Source: Psammoneis japonica (taxonomy: Eukaryota). Taken from it: 64,000 nt of DNA. The translations under genes were made by a program, and so were the position numbers. Below the pieces are notes generated by a model, which did no database searches, was not told the origin of the DNA, and was given only the letters and a program-made list of their open reading frames with translations. The DNA lies in contig QPGO01000011.1 of the NCBI GenBank assembly GCA_008632985.1, forward strand, positions 62,001-126,000, written 5' to 3'. Of this stretch, positions 21,703 through 33,305 are shown one piece after another (within the stretch, counting starts at the first letter, position 1; the number at the start of each line of letters is the position of its first letter).

Positions 21703-24700
21703 ATGAGCAAGGAAGAACAGACCTACGAGACTTCTTTGTCGTGGAGCGGCAAGAGAGAAGACTTCGAGAATTTTTTGGTGAAATTCGAGGCATTCGAGAG
21801 CGACCACGGTTGTGACGAAGCAACCGATGTGGATCTAGGAGATAAGCTTCTCACCAAGGCGGAATACGTGAATGGAAGAAGAAAGTAACGCAAGCTAATG
21901 GTACAGAGACCGAAGAAGACCTCACAAAGGAGGATAAGAGGTTGTACAAGCTGAACGCGAAATCATTTTCGAAGATCATCCGTGCGTTGCCTGAAAACTT
22001 GATCAAGGCCTGCAAGAACCAAGGTGGACCCAAGAAGTCCGTTTATTTGATCAAGGAGTACCTCAAGAAACACTACTCGGAGCAGAATGTGGTAGATGAT
22101 TACCAAAACCTCTACAAGAAGAGGTTGGAGCTAGAACCTGGAGAGTTCGAGATAGCGCTGTTCTATTTCAACGAGTTGGAGGATATTACTCCAAGTTGGG
22201 AAAGATTGATGAAAAGTATCGCTTAGATGAGCTTCAGTTGAAGACTGATATCTATTCAAAAGTCCCGGATCAAGGTAACTGGTCCTCTTTCAAGTCCGAG
22301 TATCGCAAGGACGGCGCGATGGAGAACATTGCCTACAGTGCGTTCAAGCAGCACTATGAACGGGAGTGGAAAGCTCATGGTCCACCAGGAGGATCTACTA
22401 CATCTATAGATCGATCTTCTGGAGAGGATAAGACCCTAACTATGAAGGTACAGGGTAGCAAGTTTTTCCCGGGTAATTGTGGGAAGTGTGGCAAGAAAGG
22501 TCACAAGTCAAAATTTTGTCCTGACAAGAAGAACGCCAAGACGAAGAAATTCGATGGCGATTGCTTTTATTGCGGCAAGCATGGACATAGAGCGAGCGAC
22601 TGCTTCAAGAAGAAGAAGGATGAAAAGGAGAAAGACGAAGAAACGAACGAGGTTACACTCGGAGTGTTCGATTCCGTCGACTTGGTTGAGGAGGGTAAGG
22701 ACCCTATTCCAGACTCCTTCTTCGATACCTTCGATACTAAGCCTGCAGTTCGAGACGATGAGTTCGAGAGAGAGCTTAAGAGGTGGGATACTCGGTCTGG
22801 ACTGGGTTACGGCTACGATAGTAGCGGCGAACGCGCGCTGTCATGGTACGAATGGAGCGAGATGGCGGACGATGAGGACGAAGAAGACGATGACGGCATG
22901 AGTATGCCGGAGCTAGAAGGTCCTTTTGTTTCTGATAAGGTCGAGGATGAAAGTATCCCGCCCTTGGAACCGCGGTATGATTCCGACAGCGATTCGGATG
23001 ATGACGAGTCATTAGAGCTGATCGGCACTCAACGCAAGTGCACCAACTGTGACGGGCCTGGACATGTCTATCGAGGCTATCGCACAACGAAGAAAGTTCA
23101 AGACGAGGACAAGGGAGACGAGGAAGACAGTATCCCGCCCTTAGTATCTCGTGGCGGTTATGATAGCGACTCGAGCGACGACGAGTCGGTTGAATTCGAG
23201 GTTGTTTGCTCGTATTGCGGACAGCCTGGACACGAATTCTGCACTCCTTTCCAAGAGTTTTGGAATAACCCGGATGAAGAGAGCGATGATGACAGTATTC
23301 CGACTCTAGAGAGTGGTATGGACTCGGATAGTGATTCAGAGTCTGAGTTTGATTACGATTCGGACGACGACTATGACGAAATACTGATGTCCGGTGCGCA
23401 GTATGAACCAGAACGTGGCGGTGTAAGGCTACTATTGGACTCTGGCTCGACAGCACATACAAAGAGGTCTGCTGAAGGGATGCGGAACCTCAGGGAAGTG
23501 AACAAAGTCATGAAGGACGCACACGACGGGAGTTCGGTAGCGAAGCTCCAAGGAGATTTTCCATTTACGCGTCAGAATGGGGACGGTACAGTAGTTATTA
23601 CTGAGATGTACGTCCAGCCAAAATTTTCACATAACATTGTGAGTCTGACGAAGCTATTTGAGAAAAATTGCAAGCTGAGTCCGACGACTGATCCCAAACG
23701 AGCCATTGTTCTCGAGTGCCCTGATGGCACGGAATTAATTTTCGAAAAATCAGCGAAAGATGGGCTGTTTTATATGGAAGTTGACTCGCTGACGGATGTG
23801 TCCGAAATGACCGCAGACGTTTCCGATGGACAGAAATCTGGACAAAAAGAGTCGGACAAGAAAGTCCATGTTAACCGCGCACACATTTTGCTGAACCACA
23901 TGGGAGAAAGCGCGATGAAAATGGCGGCAGCAGATCTCGGTTGGAAATTGACCGGTATACCCAAGACCTGCGAGTTCTGTGTCAAGGCAAAGGCTACAGC
24001 AAAGCCAACCGTGAAGGCTAGCGATAAGAAAGCGACCAAGCCTGGTCAGCGGCTCTACCTAGACACGTCAGGACCATACAAAGCGACGCGCGGCAAGAAT
24101 CGATATCATGTGATGATAGTCGATCAACTTACAGATCGACTTTGGTCGATGTTCCAAGCAAAGAAAAATGGTTTTACGGACGATATCAAAGCTTTATTGA
24201 CTAAGCTGAAGGGTCAGGGGTACCCAGTCGAGTTCTTACGGATCGACAACGCTCCGGAATGGGGTGCACTCAAGCCAATTTGTGATGAGCATGGGATCAC
24301 GATCGAGTATACCTCCCCTAATACTCCGCAGTTCAACGCGGCAGTCGAGAGAGCGTTCCCAACAGTGCGTAATATGGCATACGCGGTACTGAAAGCATCC
24401 GATTTCGACGACGCAGAGCAAAGTCGGCAATGGGCGAATGCGCTGCAGGACTGCACTATCGTTCGTAACTTGGTCCCACGTGGGGACTGGAGCAATGCTT
24501 ATGAACCATTTGGAGAAAAGCCACCCGTAAAAGCCGAAGACCTGGTAGAGTTTGGCGCAAAGGGGTGGATGGCCAAGAGAAACAAGATCAAGGCCAAGTT
24601 TCAAGATCGTGCCGAGGAGGTTCGTCGCGTAGGATACGCTGAGAATCACTCGAGCGATACGTATATTGTTCAAAAGTTATCAAATCGTCGTTGTGTGTTG

Positions 24701-26973
24701 ACACGCGACGTGGTATGGGAGTCTAAAAGACGATATGATCACCTAGACCCCGAGACAGTGGTCGAAAAGCAAACTCCGCGAGTAACTTGGGCGGACGACG
24801 CAAGACCGTCAACAGTGGTTGAAGAGATATCACGCCCCTCTCAGTCATCCGCAGACGACCCCGACTTTCATGATTCTCATTCACAAATTGAGGAGGGAGA
24901 AGAGAGTGCAACAGACGGCGAGGAATCAACGGATAGCGAAGAAAGTGACTCCGAGATGGGTGCGCCACCTGACGGACCAGGACAGACGGATAAAGAATCA
25001 GCTGTGAATAGTCGATTGGAACGCGAGTTGAGCAAGCTGAGGACTTCTTATAACCCAGCTGGTCTCCCAAGCGACGACGAGGACGAGGTAGAAGCGGTGA
25101 ATATGGTCGCAGGATATGTTGATCCGAAGAATGATCGCGAAGCGATGACAGGCGACGAAGCTGACGAGTGGTGGAAGGGTCTAGTCACAGAATACGATGG
25201 ATTTTTCGACTTGAGAACTTGGATACTGGTCAAGGAAGCCGAATTGAAAGGTAAAAAGATATCCAAGCCGCTATCAACGAAGAACGTCTACAAAAAGAAA
25301 TTACACGCGATAACAAAAGAGGTGCGGTATCGCGTGCGCAACTGCATTCGGGGGTTCGATATGATACCCGGAGTTCATTTCGATGAATCTTTTGCACCTA
25401 CTCCGACGGATCATACTGTGAGACTCATATTGGCGATATCATTATGGATGCTGGAACAGTTGGAAGTCGATGATATCGACGAAGCCGAGAAGGAGTGGAT
25501 TGTCGGGCATTTGTTCGATGTTGTGCAGGCATTTCTGAACTCAGAGATGACTGGACCACCTGTACATGTGCATCTTCCCCCTATGTGGAAGGAGTATTGC
25601 GAATATAAAGGTTGGGAATACAACGAGAACGATCTTATTTTGCTCGGAAAGGCGCAATATGGGCAAGTCGATGCCGCGAAGCGCTGGATTGATATGTTTG
25701 TCGGAATCATGACTGAAAAGGGTGGCGTCGAGCTTAAACGAAGCAAGACTGACCCTTGTGTGTTGTACCGTCATGATGACAAGGGGCAATTGGAGATTAT
25801 CATTTTGATTTATGTGGACGATGGTTTCATATGTGGGAGGCCGGAAGTCGTTAAGGAAGCCAAGGACTATTTGGCGAAGAGAGTTAAGATACTGGACATT
25901 GGACGAATCGACACTCATTTAGGAATTGATTATGAGTTGAAGAAAGACGAACACGGTTGGTACTTCGAGTGCAGCATGCGCAAGTACGTGGAGAAGATGG
26001 TTGCGGAGTACGAACAACGCTTCAAGAAGACACTTAAGGACTACGAGACACCTGGGGAGCCAGGAAGATATTGATGAAGGCGGACGAAGACCATGAGCCA
26101 GTCGAGCAAAACGGATATCGAGCCTTCGTCGGAAAGATCCTATATGCGATGTTGAAGGTCTTACCTGATTGCGCGAATGCGATTAGAGCGCTGACAATGC
26201 ATTTGACGAATCCAACTAAGGATCACTGGCACGCGCTGGACAGACTTATGGGACATCTGAAATTTCACTATCAGCCATTGAAGTTGAGGTCACCTTTGGA
26301 ATTAAGGAGCATAGGGATATTCGACGCTGAGTGGGGAACGGACAAGAATGACAGAAAGAGCATTTCGAGTGACATTTCCACACTGGGCGGTACGTCGTTA
26401 ACTAATTGGCAATCGAAGAAGCAGACCTCTGTGGCGCTGAGCAGTTGTGAAAGTGAGACCATAGCGGGCACGGCGTGCGCGCAGAGCATACAATTCCAGA
26501 ATCATTTATTGGAAGAGCTGGTAGGTACGGACATGTTGAAGATGCCGAGTTATGCGTACGGAGACAACGCCGCATCACTGTTTCTGGCTGTTAACAACCA
26601 AGTGGGACAGCGGACGAAACACATTCACATTCGTGATAGATATTTGGGCGAGTTGGTTCAACGTGGAGAGATTGAACCACGTCATGTCAGTACGGAGAAG
26701 AACCCGGCAGATGTCAACACCAAGAACGCGAAGATCGAAACGCACAAGAGACTAGCTCAGAACCTGTATGACGGATTCGTGATGGTTGAACCGGAACCAA
26801 TCAAGGAGGGTGTCGCGGAACATGACTCAAGCGGGACTCAAGTGATTGGGTCCCGGTCACGAGTGAAGGGTCGTGCCACCGATGACCACAGAAATCGGAG
26901 CCGACCACGAATGCCGCAATCGATCTTGAGGAACAAGATCGATGAATCGAATGGCCGAGGAGCGGCGATTTGA
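21703..26973 (+). CDS. Copia gag-pol polyprotein with three -1 frame breaks (probably sequencing errors); ends inside the 3' LTR
   Basis: CX2CX4HX4C knuckles, LLDSGST, H..LNH..CEFC, LDTSGP, RIDNAPE, AVER, YVDD, DAEW, ESE, GDN, NPAD. Confidence 0.93.
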
Positions 26974-27147
26974 CAAGATCGATTTGGTAAGATTGATTTG
27001 GTAAGATTGGTTTGACAAGATTGAAGTCCAGAAGAAGTAGAAAAGCAGATCATAATTTAGCGAGAGTGAGAAATGTGAAGACTATTAATTTTAGTTTTGT
27101 GTGCTACTGACAAGGTGTTAGTAGTATCGGCATCTGGTTGTCCAACA
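26811..27147 (+). repeat. 3' LTR of copia element 2
   Basis: Identical to the 5' LTR. Confidence 0.97.
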
Positions 27148-27386
27148 AAAATTGGAATGATACACGTTGCATGTGCGGATGTTGGAATTGTGCCACGCCT
27201 GACAAAAACTCGTGTTATTTACACGGGAAAAAATGGGCAGTTGTAACGATTGTCACGATCCGGGTTACTCAAAACAATAAATTCGAGCTCGTGGTGGTTG
27301 CATTTGAATTAACGGGCTTCGTAGGAGAAGAACTCCAAGAATTTTGTTTCAACGCATCTAAATTTTCAACATCAACAATCTTTGCC

Positions 27387-29207
27387 ATGGAGAACGGCAA
27401 CAGCGGCGCCGCTGCCCCAGGCTCGGGCTGGAGCAATGGCGACATTCCCACCTCCATGTATCCCTATTCTCGAAACGGGCGCGTCTCGTTGTATTCGTCT
27501 CAGAGAAGATGGATCAATTCCACGTCGTCATGGACTCGAATTGGAAAAGGATCGACCGAGATGGATAAACGTCATTCCACCAGCCTGTCGGGTGTTGCTG
27601 TAGAGGAAGATGCTCAAGAGCAGGGTCGTACCATGCGTTCGTTGATTGCTCAATTGTGTGAACGGTTCTATAATTTTGGTTGGGCCACGGGAACAGGCGG
27701 TGGAGTATCCATTCGAATTGGAGACGGAACGGATGAAAGCCCGTTTCGAGTGTTTGTTGCTCCGTCGGGGATTCAAAAGGAAGACATGATTGGTGATGAC
27801 GTGTTTGAATTAGACATGGATATGAATGTCGTTGTACCTCCGAAAACACCCAATTTGCGTCAGTCGGCGTGCACTCCGCTCTGGTATGTTGTCTATAGGA
27901 ACCGCCCTTCGGCACGTTGTGTCATTCACACACACTCCATGCACGCGCAAATGGCAACGCTTCTAGATCCCACGGAACAATCCAAGGTTTTGAAAATTAC
28001 ACACTTGGAAATGCTCAAGGGTGTTGGGAATCATGCCTATGATGATGTTTTGGAAATTCCAATCATTGACAATCGTCCTTCTGAAGATTTGCTGGCCGAA
28101 CAGTTGGAGTCTGTGATTCAAAAGTACCCAAAGTGCAATGCAGTTTTGGTCCGACGACATGGAGTGTACGTATGGGGAGACTCGTGGGAACAAGCCAAGA
28201 CACAGTGCGAATCCTTTGATTACCTCTTTGAATCTGCCGTCAAGATGAAGACCGTATTGGGAATCCACCCAGCAACCATTCCCACCAGTGGAACCTACCG
28301 TGAAACGGACAATGATTCGAAAAAGAGACCCGCCATGGATGGTGCCGGCGAAAGCACTAAGCGTTCTCGTACAGAACCAGCATTCAACGCTGCTTCCGAC
28401 AAGAATAATGCCGCCGACCTGGCGAGCAACACTGTGCCTCTGGTACCGAGGGATGGCAAGGTGCTATTGTTGGATATTGAGGGTTGCACCACTGCCATTT
28501 CATTTGTCAAGGACCAGCTCTTTGCTTATGTGCTGGCTCATCTCGAGGAGTATCTCAAATCCTCGTCAGACGAGGAAGTTTCAGAGACTTGGAAGGCGCT
28601 CTGCGCCGACATTTCGAAACTTGCAGATAACCACGTTGCCAAGTTGCAACTCAAGTCTCTTGCCGATTCAACTGTAGCAGATGGTGAAGCGACAAGAGCC
28701 GCAATTACGGATGCGGTTCGCTCCATGGTACAACACGACGTCAAGGCCACTGGTCTCAAGCAGCTTCAGGGCAAAATGTGGAAATCGGGATACGAGTCTG
28801 GTGAAATCAAGGGACACGTCTATGCCGATTTTGTCCCATTTCTCAAGTGGTGCAAATCCCAAAGTGTAGACGTTCATATCTACTCGTCGGGAAGCATTCA
28901 AGCCCAAAAGCTTCTCTTTGGACATTCTACCGAGGGCGACTTGCTGCCGTATCTGGGGCAACATTTTGACACTACCTCTGGCAAAAAGGTCGAGTCCGAC
29001 AGCTACATGTCCATTGCACAAACAATTGGGATCAGCCCCCAAGATTTGATTTTTGTCAGTGATGCCGAGGCAGAGCTTGTGGCGGCTAAACAGGCTGGAG
29101 TTGGCCATACCATCATGTCGATCCGTCCGGGGAATGCGCCACTCACGGATGCTGTCGGCAAGTCGTTTCCTGCCATTCATTCTCTTTTGCAACTTTGTGG
29201 AAAGTGA
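27387..29207 (+). CDS. DEP1: Bifunctional methylthioribulose-1-phosphate dehydratase / enolase-phosphatase E1 (MtnB-MtnC, methionine salvage)
   Basis: GWATGTGGG, APSGIQKE, HTHS, VRRHGVYVWG (class II aldolase) plus LLDIEGCTT, YSSGS, FVSD (HAD). Confidence 0.95.
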   Translation: MENGNSGAAAPGSGWSNGDIPTSMYPYSRNGRVSLYSSQRRWINSTSSWTRIGKGSTEMDKRHSTSLSGVAVEEDAQEQGRTMRSLIAQLCERFYNFGWATGTGGGVSIRIGDGTDESPFRVFVAPSGIQKEDMIGDDVFELDMDMNVVVPPKTPNLRQSACTPLWYVVYRNRPSARCVIHTHSMHAQMATLLDPTEQSKVLKITHLEMLKGVGNHAYDDVLEIPIIDNRPSEDLLAEQLESVIQKYPKCNAVLVRRHGVYVWGDSWEQAKTQCESFDYLFESAVKMKTVLGIHPATIPTSGTYRETDNDSKKRPAMDGAGESTKRSRTEPAFNAASDKNNAADLASNTVPLVPRDGKVLLLDIEGCTTAISFVKDQLFAYVLAHLEEYLKSSSDEEVSETWKALCADISKLADNHVAKLQLKSLADSTVADGEATRAAITDAVRSMVQHDVKATGLKQLQGKMWKSGYESGEIKGHVYADFVPFLKWCKSQSVDVHIYSSGSIQAQKLLFGHSTEGDLLPYLGQHFDTTSGKKVESDSYMSIAQTIGISPQDLIFVSDAEAELVAAKQAGVGHTIMSIRPGNAPLTDAVGKSFPAIHSLLQLCGK

Positions 29208-29464
29208 TGCGTACCGGTACAACCGTTGACTCTAGAGAGACGGCTTGCTAGATGTTAAAAAAGATAAAGGTTTCGTCCGGTAACTTTCTTCATTGTATAT
29301 GTAGGTCTATCCGGACATACAGTATATCTAATGGCTGATGTATCATCGGTAGTTGTAAATACTTGTACTCTCGCCCCAAGAGTACCGTATGCCCGGTAAT
29401 TGGTACCAGTTTTCTGAACACCAGCTTTTGCTAGGTCAGTAAACAATTTCGTTTGTGGTTTAAT

Positions 29465-31669
29465 TCAAATTAACTCAACATTCGGATCATACGATTCCCA
29501 TAGGTAACATGGGTTGATCAAGCTTGATCGGTTGATCTTTGAAGTTAAAAGCTGGCGTCGAAACTGTTGTTCGGCTGCATCGTAGAACCGAAAGTCCTTG
29601 GCGAACCACCGCAATGTACGATTTCGTTGCAGATCGAAGTAGTCACTTTGGTTGTATACCACTTCCTTGTTTGTGTTTGCACGGAAACCGCGAGAATACA
29701 CAAACCTGTCAACCACGTTGGGTTGGAGAGAGAACTTGTGTTGAAGGAGACGAAGGGATTCTTCAAAGCACTCATTCAGGAGCACTAGTACATGCGGCTG
29801 ACTACCCTCAATCATGGATATTGCCTCATCGACATTTTCACTGAGAAAACGATACTGATAAGGAATTCCACGTTTTCCACGCCACGTAGAGCTTTGGTTG
29901 TGTAGCAGTTCTGTCCAGCCCATCAGGTCGTTGGTCTCACATATGCTACCGTATTGTTCGGGTGAAAACATCTCCTTCCACGCCTGGGTAGTGCTGCAGT
30001 ATTTCCGAACGTAGTAAAACAGCGACCGAAGTCTGGCATGGGGCTCACGCACAATTGTAAATGCTTGAAGGGAGATTGCCTTTTCGTGTCTACGCGTAGT
30101 GAAGGGAAGAGAAGAGTTCCATATTTGCTCAAGGGTTGACATTGCGATATGAGGGCAGAGGTTGTGGCGTATCCTCGGATTTGAAACTTCCAAAGGGTTA
30201 GACCAGTCTTGCTTGTCTTGCTCGGATATTCCTGAGGGATGACCAAACACGCAAAATGGGGTTTTTCTGGCTGCAGTCGTTGGAAATGGACTGTAAGAAT
30301 TCGTAAAGGTGATGAAGTCCTTGGCGCGGTAAATGAACCTGTCCCACGAATAAAGCCCGCTGGCGTACATGAGAAACGCCAGCATTGCCGTGCTACCCGT
30401 TTTCTGAATTCTCACAAACGCGAAATGCGTTGTGGTTTCATTCACGGTCGTTATTGACGACGGATGAGCCTGTTTAGCCATAGGCAAAGATTCAATGGGC
30501 GCTTTGTGGTTAGATAAAATCAAACACTGACGTTTCACCGCAGACAGATCAACATCAGACAATTCTAGCTGTCGTCGAAACTGCCGCACAGCTGCATCGT
30601 AGAACTTGTACTCGTCTGTAAACCACAACCTTGCGTTCCGCCTCAATTTCCGTAGGGACTCCTCATCTTCTCTGGATTGAGGCAAGCGAAACGAAGAATT
30701 TTCTTTGTAGTGAGATGATTTCATGAATCGCTCTGTCGCCCCAGGTTGAATGACTGTTCTATTATATGTGTACTCCAGGTACCGCAACGATTCTTCAAAA
30801 CACTCCGTCAGGAGCACAAGCACTTTTGGAGTTGCGCTTTGCCCTTGAATCAACGATATGGCGTTGTCGAGGTTGTAAGGATCAAAGATCCGGTACTGAT
30901 GCAAGACACCGCGTTTTCCATTGTCCCCGATTGCTAATAGTTTCATCCACTCCTCAAAGTCGTTGGAGCAAATGCACTCATACTGTTTGGCGGTAAACAT
31001 ATTCTTCCAGTGTTGTGTAGAGTCACAAAACCTGGCAACATATGAAAACAGAGATCGCAGTCGATCAAAGGGATCCCGAATCAGCGTAAATACCTGTAAC
31101 CTTGGCGTAGAATGTAGATGAGTATCTTGATTTGTGTAGATCAGAGGCTTCCGGTGTTCTAGTGACTTGTTCCAAAGTTGACTGAGTCGGGTATATCGCA
31201 AATGAGGGCACTTGTGCGGCATTCTTTGGGCCGAACCCTTGCTATTCTCTGTGCTAAAGCCCACATTATTTCGGTAATCTCGCCCATAAACGCAAAACGG
31301 CATGTTTTGTTCAAATGAATCTCGTGTAGATTTGTTGTCAGTCACGGTTGAGACGTCAACGAATTCGGACCATGGGAGCATACCGCTTGCATCTTGTGAT
31401 AAAAACGACAAGAACGAGGTGCTACCAGTCTTTGGTATCCTGACAAAGCCAAGAAATATATCCTGGTGCTTGTGGCCAATACTATTTTGTGCCGAAAGAG
31501 CACGTTCCCTTTGAGCTTCTGTTGCAGACAACAGGCTTGAGAGACGACTAGTTGACGTCACTGAAAATACCACTAAGCAAAGCATGAACATCAGAGCCAC
31601 TGTCTGAAGCGTCGTTCTCCGTCTCCTCCCACTCTTCATCTTTGTGATTTCCCTTGAAAAAGCATTCAT
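29465..31669 (-). CDS. Type II membrane sulfotransferase with two tandem catalytic domains
   Basis: N-terminal TM; RIPKTGSTS...IRDPFDRLRS and RIQKTGSTA...VREPHARLRS (5'- and 3'-PAPS motifs twice). Confidence 0.85.
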   Translation of the reverse strand: MNAFSREITKMKSGRRRRTTLQTVALMFMLCLVVFSVTSTSRLSSLLSATEAQRERALSAQNSIGHKHQDIFLGFVRIPKTGSTSFLSFLSQDASGMLPWSEFVDVSTVTDNKSTRDSFEQNMPFCVYGRDYRNNVGFSTENSKGSAQRMPHKCPHLRYTRLSQLWNKSLEHRKPLIYTNQDTHLHSTPRLQVFTLIRDPFDRLRSLFSYVARFCDSTQHWKNMFTAKQYECICSNDFEEWMKLLAIGDNGKRGVLHQYRIFDPYNLDNAISLIQGQSATPKVLVLLTECFEESLRYLEYTYNRTVIQPGATERFMKSSHYKENSSFRLPQSREDEESLRKLRRNARLWFTDEYKFYDAAVRQFRRQLELSDVDLSAVKRQCLILSNHKAPIESLPMAKQAHPSSITTVNETTTHFAFVRIQKTGSTAMLAFLMYASGLYSWDRFIYRAKDFITFTNSYSPFPTTAARKTPFCVFGHPSGISEQDKQDWSNPLEVSNPRIRHNLCPHIAMSTLEQIWNSSLPFTTRRHEKAISLQAFTIVREPHARLRSLFYYVRKYCSTTQAWKEMFSPEQYGSICETNDLMGWTELLHNQSSTWRGKRGIPYQYRFLSENVDEAISMIEGSQPHVLVLLNECFEESLRLLQHKFSLQPNVVDRFVYSRGFRANTNKEVVYNQSDYFDLQRNRTLRWFAKDFRFYDAAEQQFRRQLLTSKINRSSLINPCYLWESYDPNVELI

Positions 31670-33049
31670 GGTCAACCTCTTATAATACCGGCACCGGTAA
31701 AAAGTTTGGCAGCAACAGAAAAAATGAGACGGTGATTTGCGCCGTTATTATTTTCGATTGGAAAAGGGCATTTTAATATTGTAACTACGTTGACGCATTT
31801 CTCAAATAAGCAATAAATGTTTCTTCATTTATTGTAGCACAAATGGTTTTATTCACATTCGTGCTTGCATGTGGATTTATTCATTTCAGTTGCCTCCTGC
31901 CGATTTTGAATTTCAAATTTCTCGAAGGCAGGACCATGGTTCAGGGGCTTGTGAACCACGACGAAAAAGCACCACGGATCCATCCTTTCAGTGGAATAAT
32001 GGAGGGAAGGAACTTCAAAGCATGAAGATTCAAGGTGCAGCGGGAAATGTTTCTGAAACAAGGGAGCACCAGCAAAAGAAGGGTGCCACCACACTGCGGG
32101 GCTTCAGCCCTGTCTCAGCAGAAGAACCAACACGAGCTGTGATGTGTGTCCATTTTTTTCTCCCTTTGTTTGATCCCATGGCACAGTTGGCAACTCCTTC
32201 AAAAATCAAACCTCAACAAGATTTTGTGCAGAGTGTGCTGTGTGCTTGTGTGTCTTTCTTGCACTGGTGCCAACACAAAAAACAACTCGGTGTGGAGGAA
32301 TTTTGCAGCTGATGCTGACTTCTCAATGATCACAAGCAAGAAAGGCCTTTTTGCAACTTTCTCAGGACAACAGGTCACTGTGCTTTCAGACATGGCATGC
32401 GCAGCTGAGAAGGAGTGTGCAGACAGTCTCTTGTTGTGTGCACAAACACCAGCAAAGGCATTTCTTCTTTTGCCTCCTGTGGTGGTTTGGCTCTCTTGTC
32501 ACGACAGTCACACACAACCCCAAAGAAGAGAGAGACAAGTTGACTCAACAGCTTGCACCAAGGATTTTGGTCTTGAGCCCTGTTCTTGGTGTTCTTTGCA
32601 GTGCTTGACCTTTGACTTTGGACACACAAGAGCTCTTGTTCTTTCAAAGCTGTGAGCGACCACCAAGGAGCAAGGCCCAGGAGAAGGATGGGGTTGTTGC
32701 TGACACCACTCCAGGCTGTGTTCATCTTGGGACAAGAAGGTGAGAGGCTGGTGCAATGGAGTTTGCTCAGCAGGGCTGCACTGCTGGCTCCTCCTTTTGC
32801 AAAAACTCTTGACATGAAGTGAGGAGGGAGGTGTGGAACCTGGGTTGGATTGTGCTGACACATGCGAGAGTGTCGAGTTTTGGAGCTTGCCCTTTTTATG
32901 TGCCACCCTCACAAATGAAAATGTTGCACACATTTGTGAGATGCCAGTGCAAGACACACGTGCAGATTTGCCCACTGCACACATTGTCACATCACTGACC
33001 TCATTGCGCCACTTCCCATGTGGCCCCCATGATCGTCACACGACAATGC

Positions 33050-33305
33050 TGCTGAGCTGCAAATGTGCACAAGCATCTGGTGCATTGACTCACAATGCAT
33101 TTGTTTTGTGTTGCCTGGTGGGGGTCAAGCCACAATCTGGTGTGTGCAAAGTGCAAAAAAGTTGGCAAGTGTGGAGCTGAAATGGGCAGTCAGCTTCAGA
33201 GAACAGTTTGTTCTCATGAGCACAGAGCCACCAAGTGTTGTTGGGACCAAGTTGGTGTCTCTTCTCACACATGGTCAAGCAATTGGCAATTGCCAAGGAC
33301 TGCAA
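33050..33305 (+). repeat. Dispersed ~240 bp repeat, copy A
   Basis: gctgagctgc..aaatgtgca..gcattgac..ttgttttgtgttgcctgg..tctcttctcaca..aattgccaaggactg shared with 34948-35185. Confidence 0.8.

Larger units (their letters stand above)
21307..27147 (+). mobile_element. Full-length young Ty1/copia LTR retrotransposon
   Basis: 337 bp TG...CA LTRs identical by eye, TSD AAAATT, PPT AAGGAGGG, intact YVDD. Confidence 0.97.

Noticed and set aside
27138..27386. Extended N-terminus of the 689 aa ORF starting in the LTR
   Set aside because: Non-ATG start inside the LTR; GCCATGG at 27387 is the more plausible start.
27387..29207. MtnB-MtnC fusion as a novelty
   Set aside because: The same bifunctional architecture is established in plants (DEP1).
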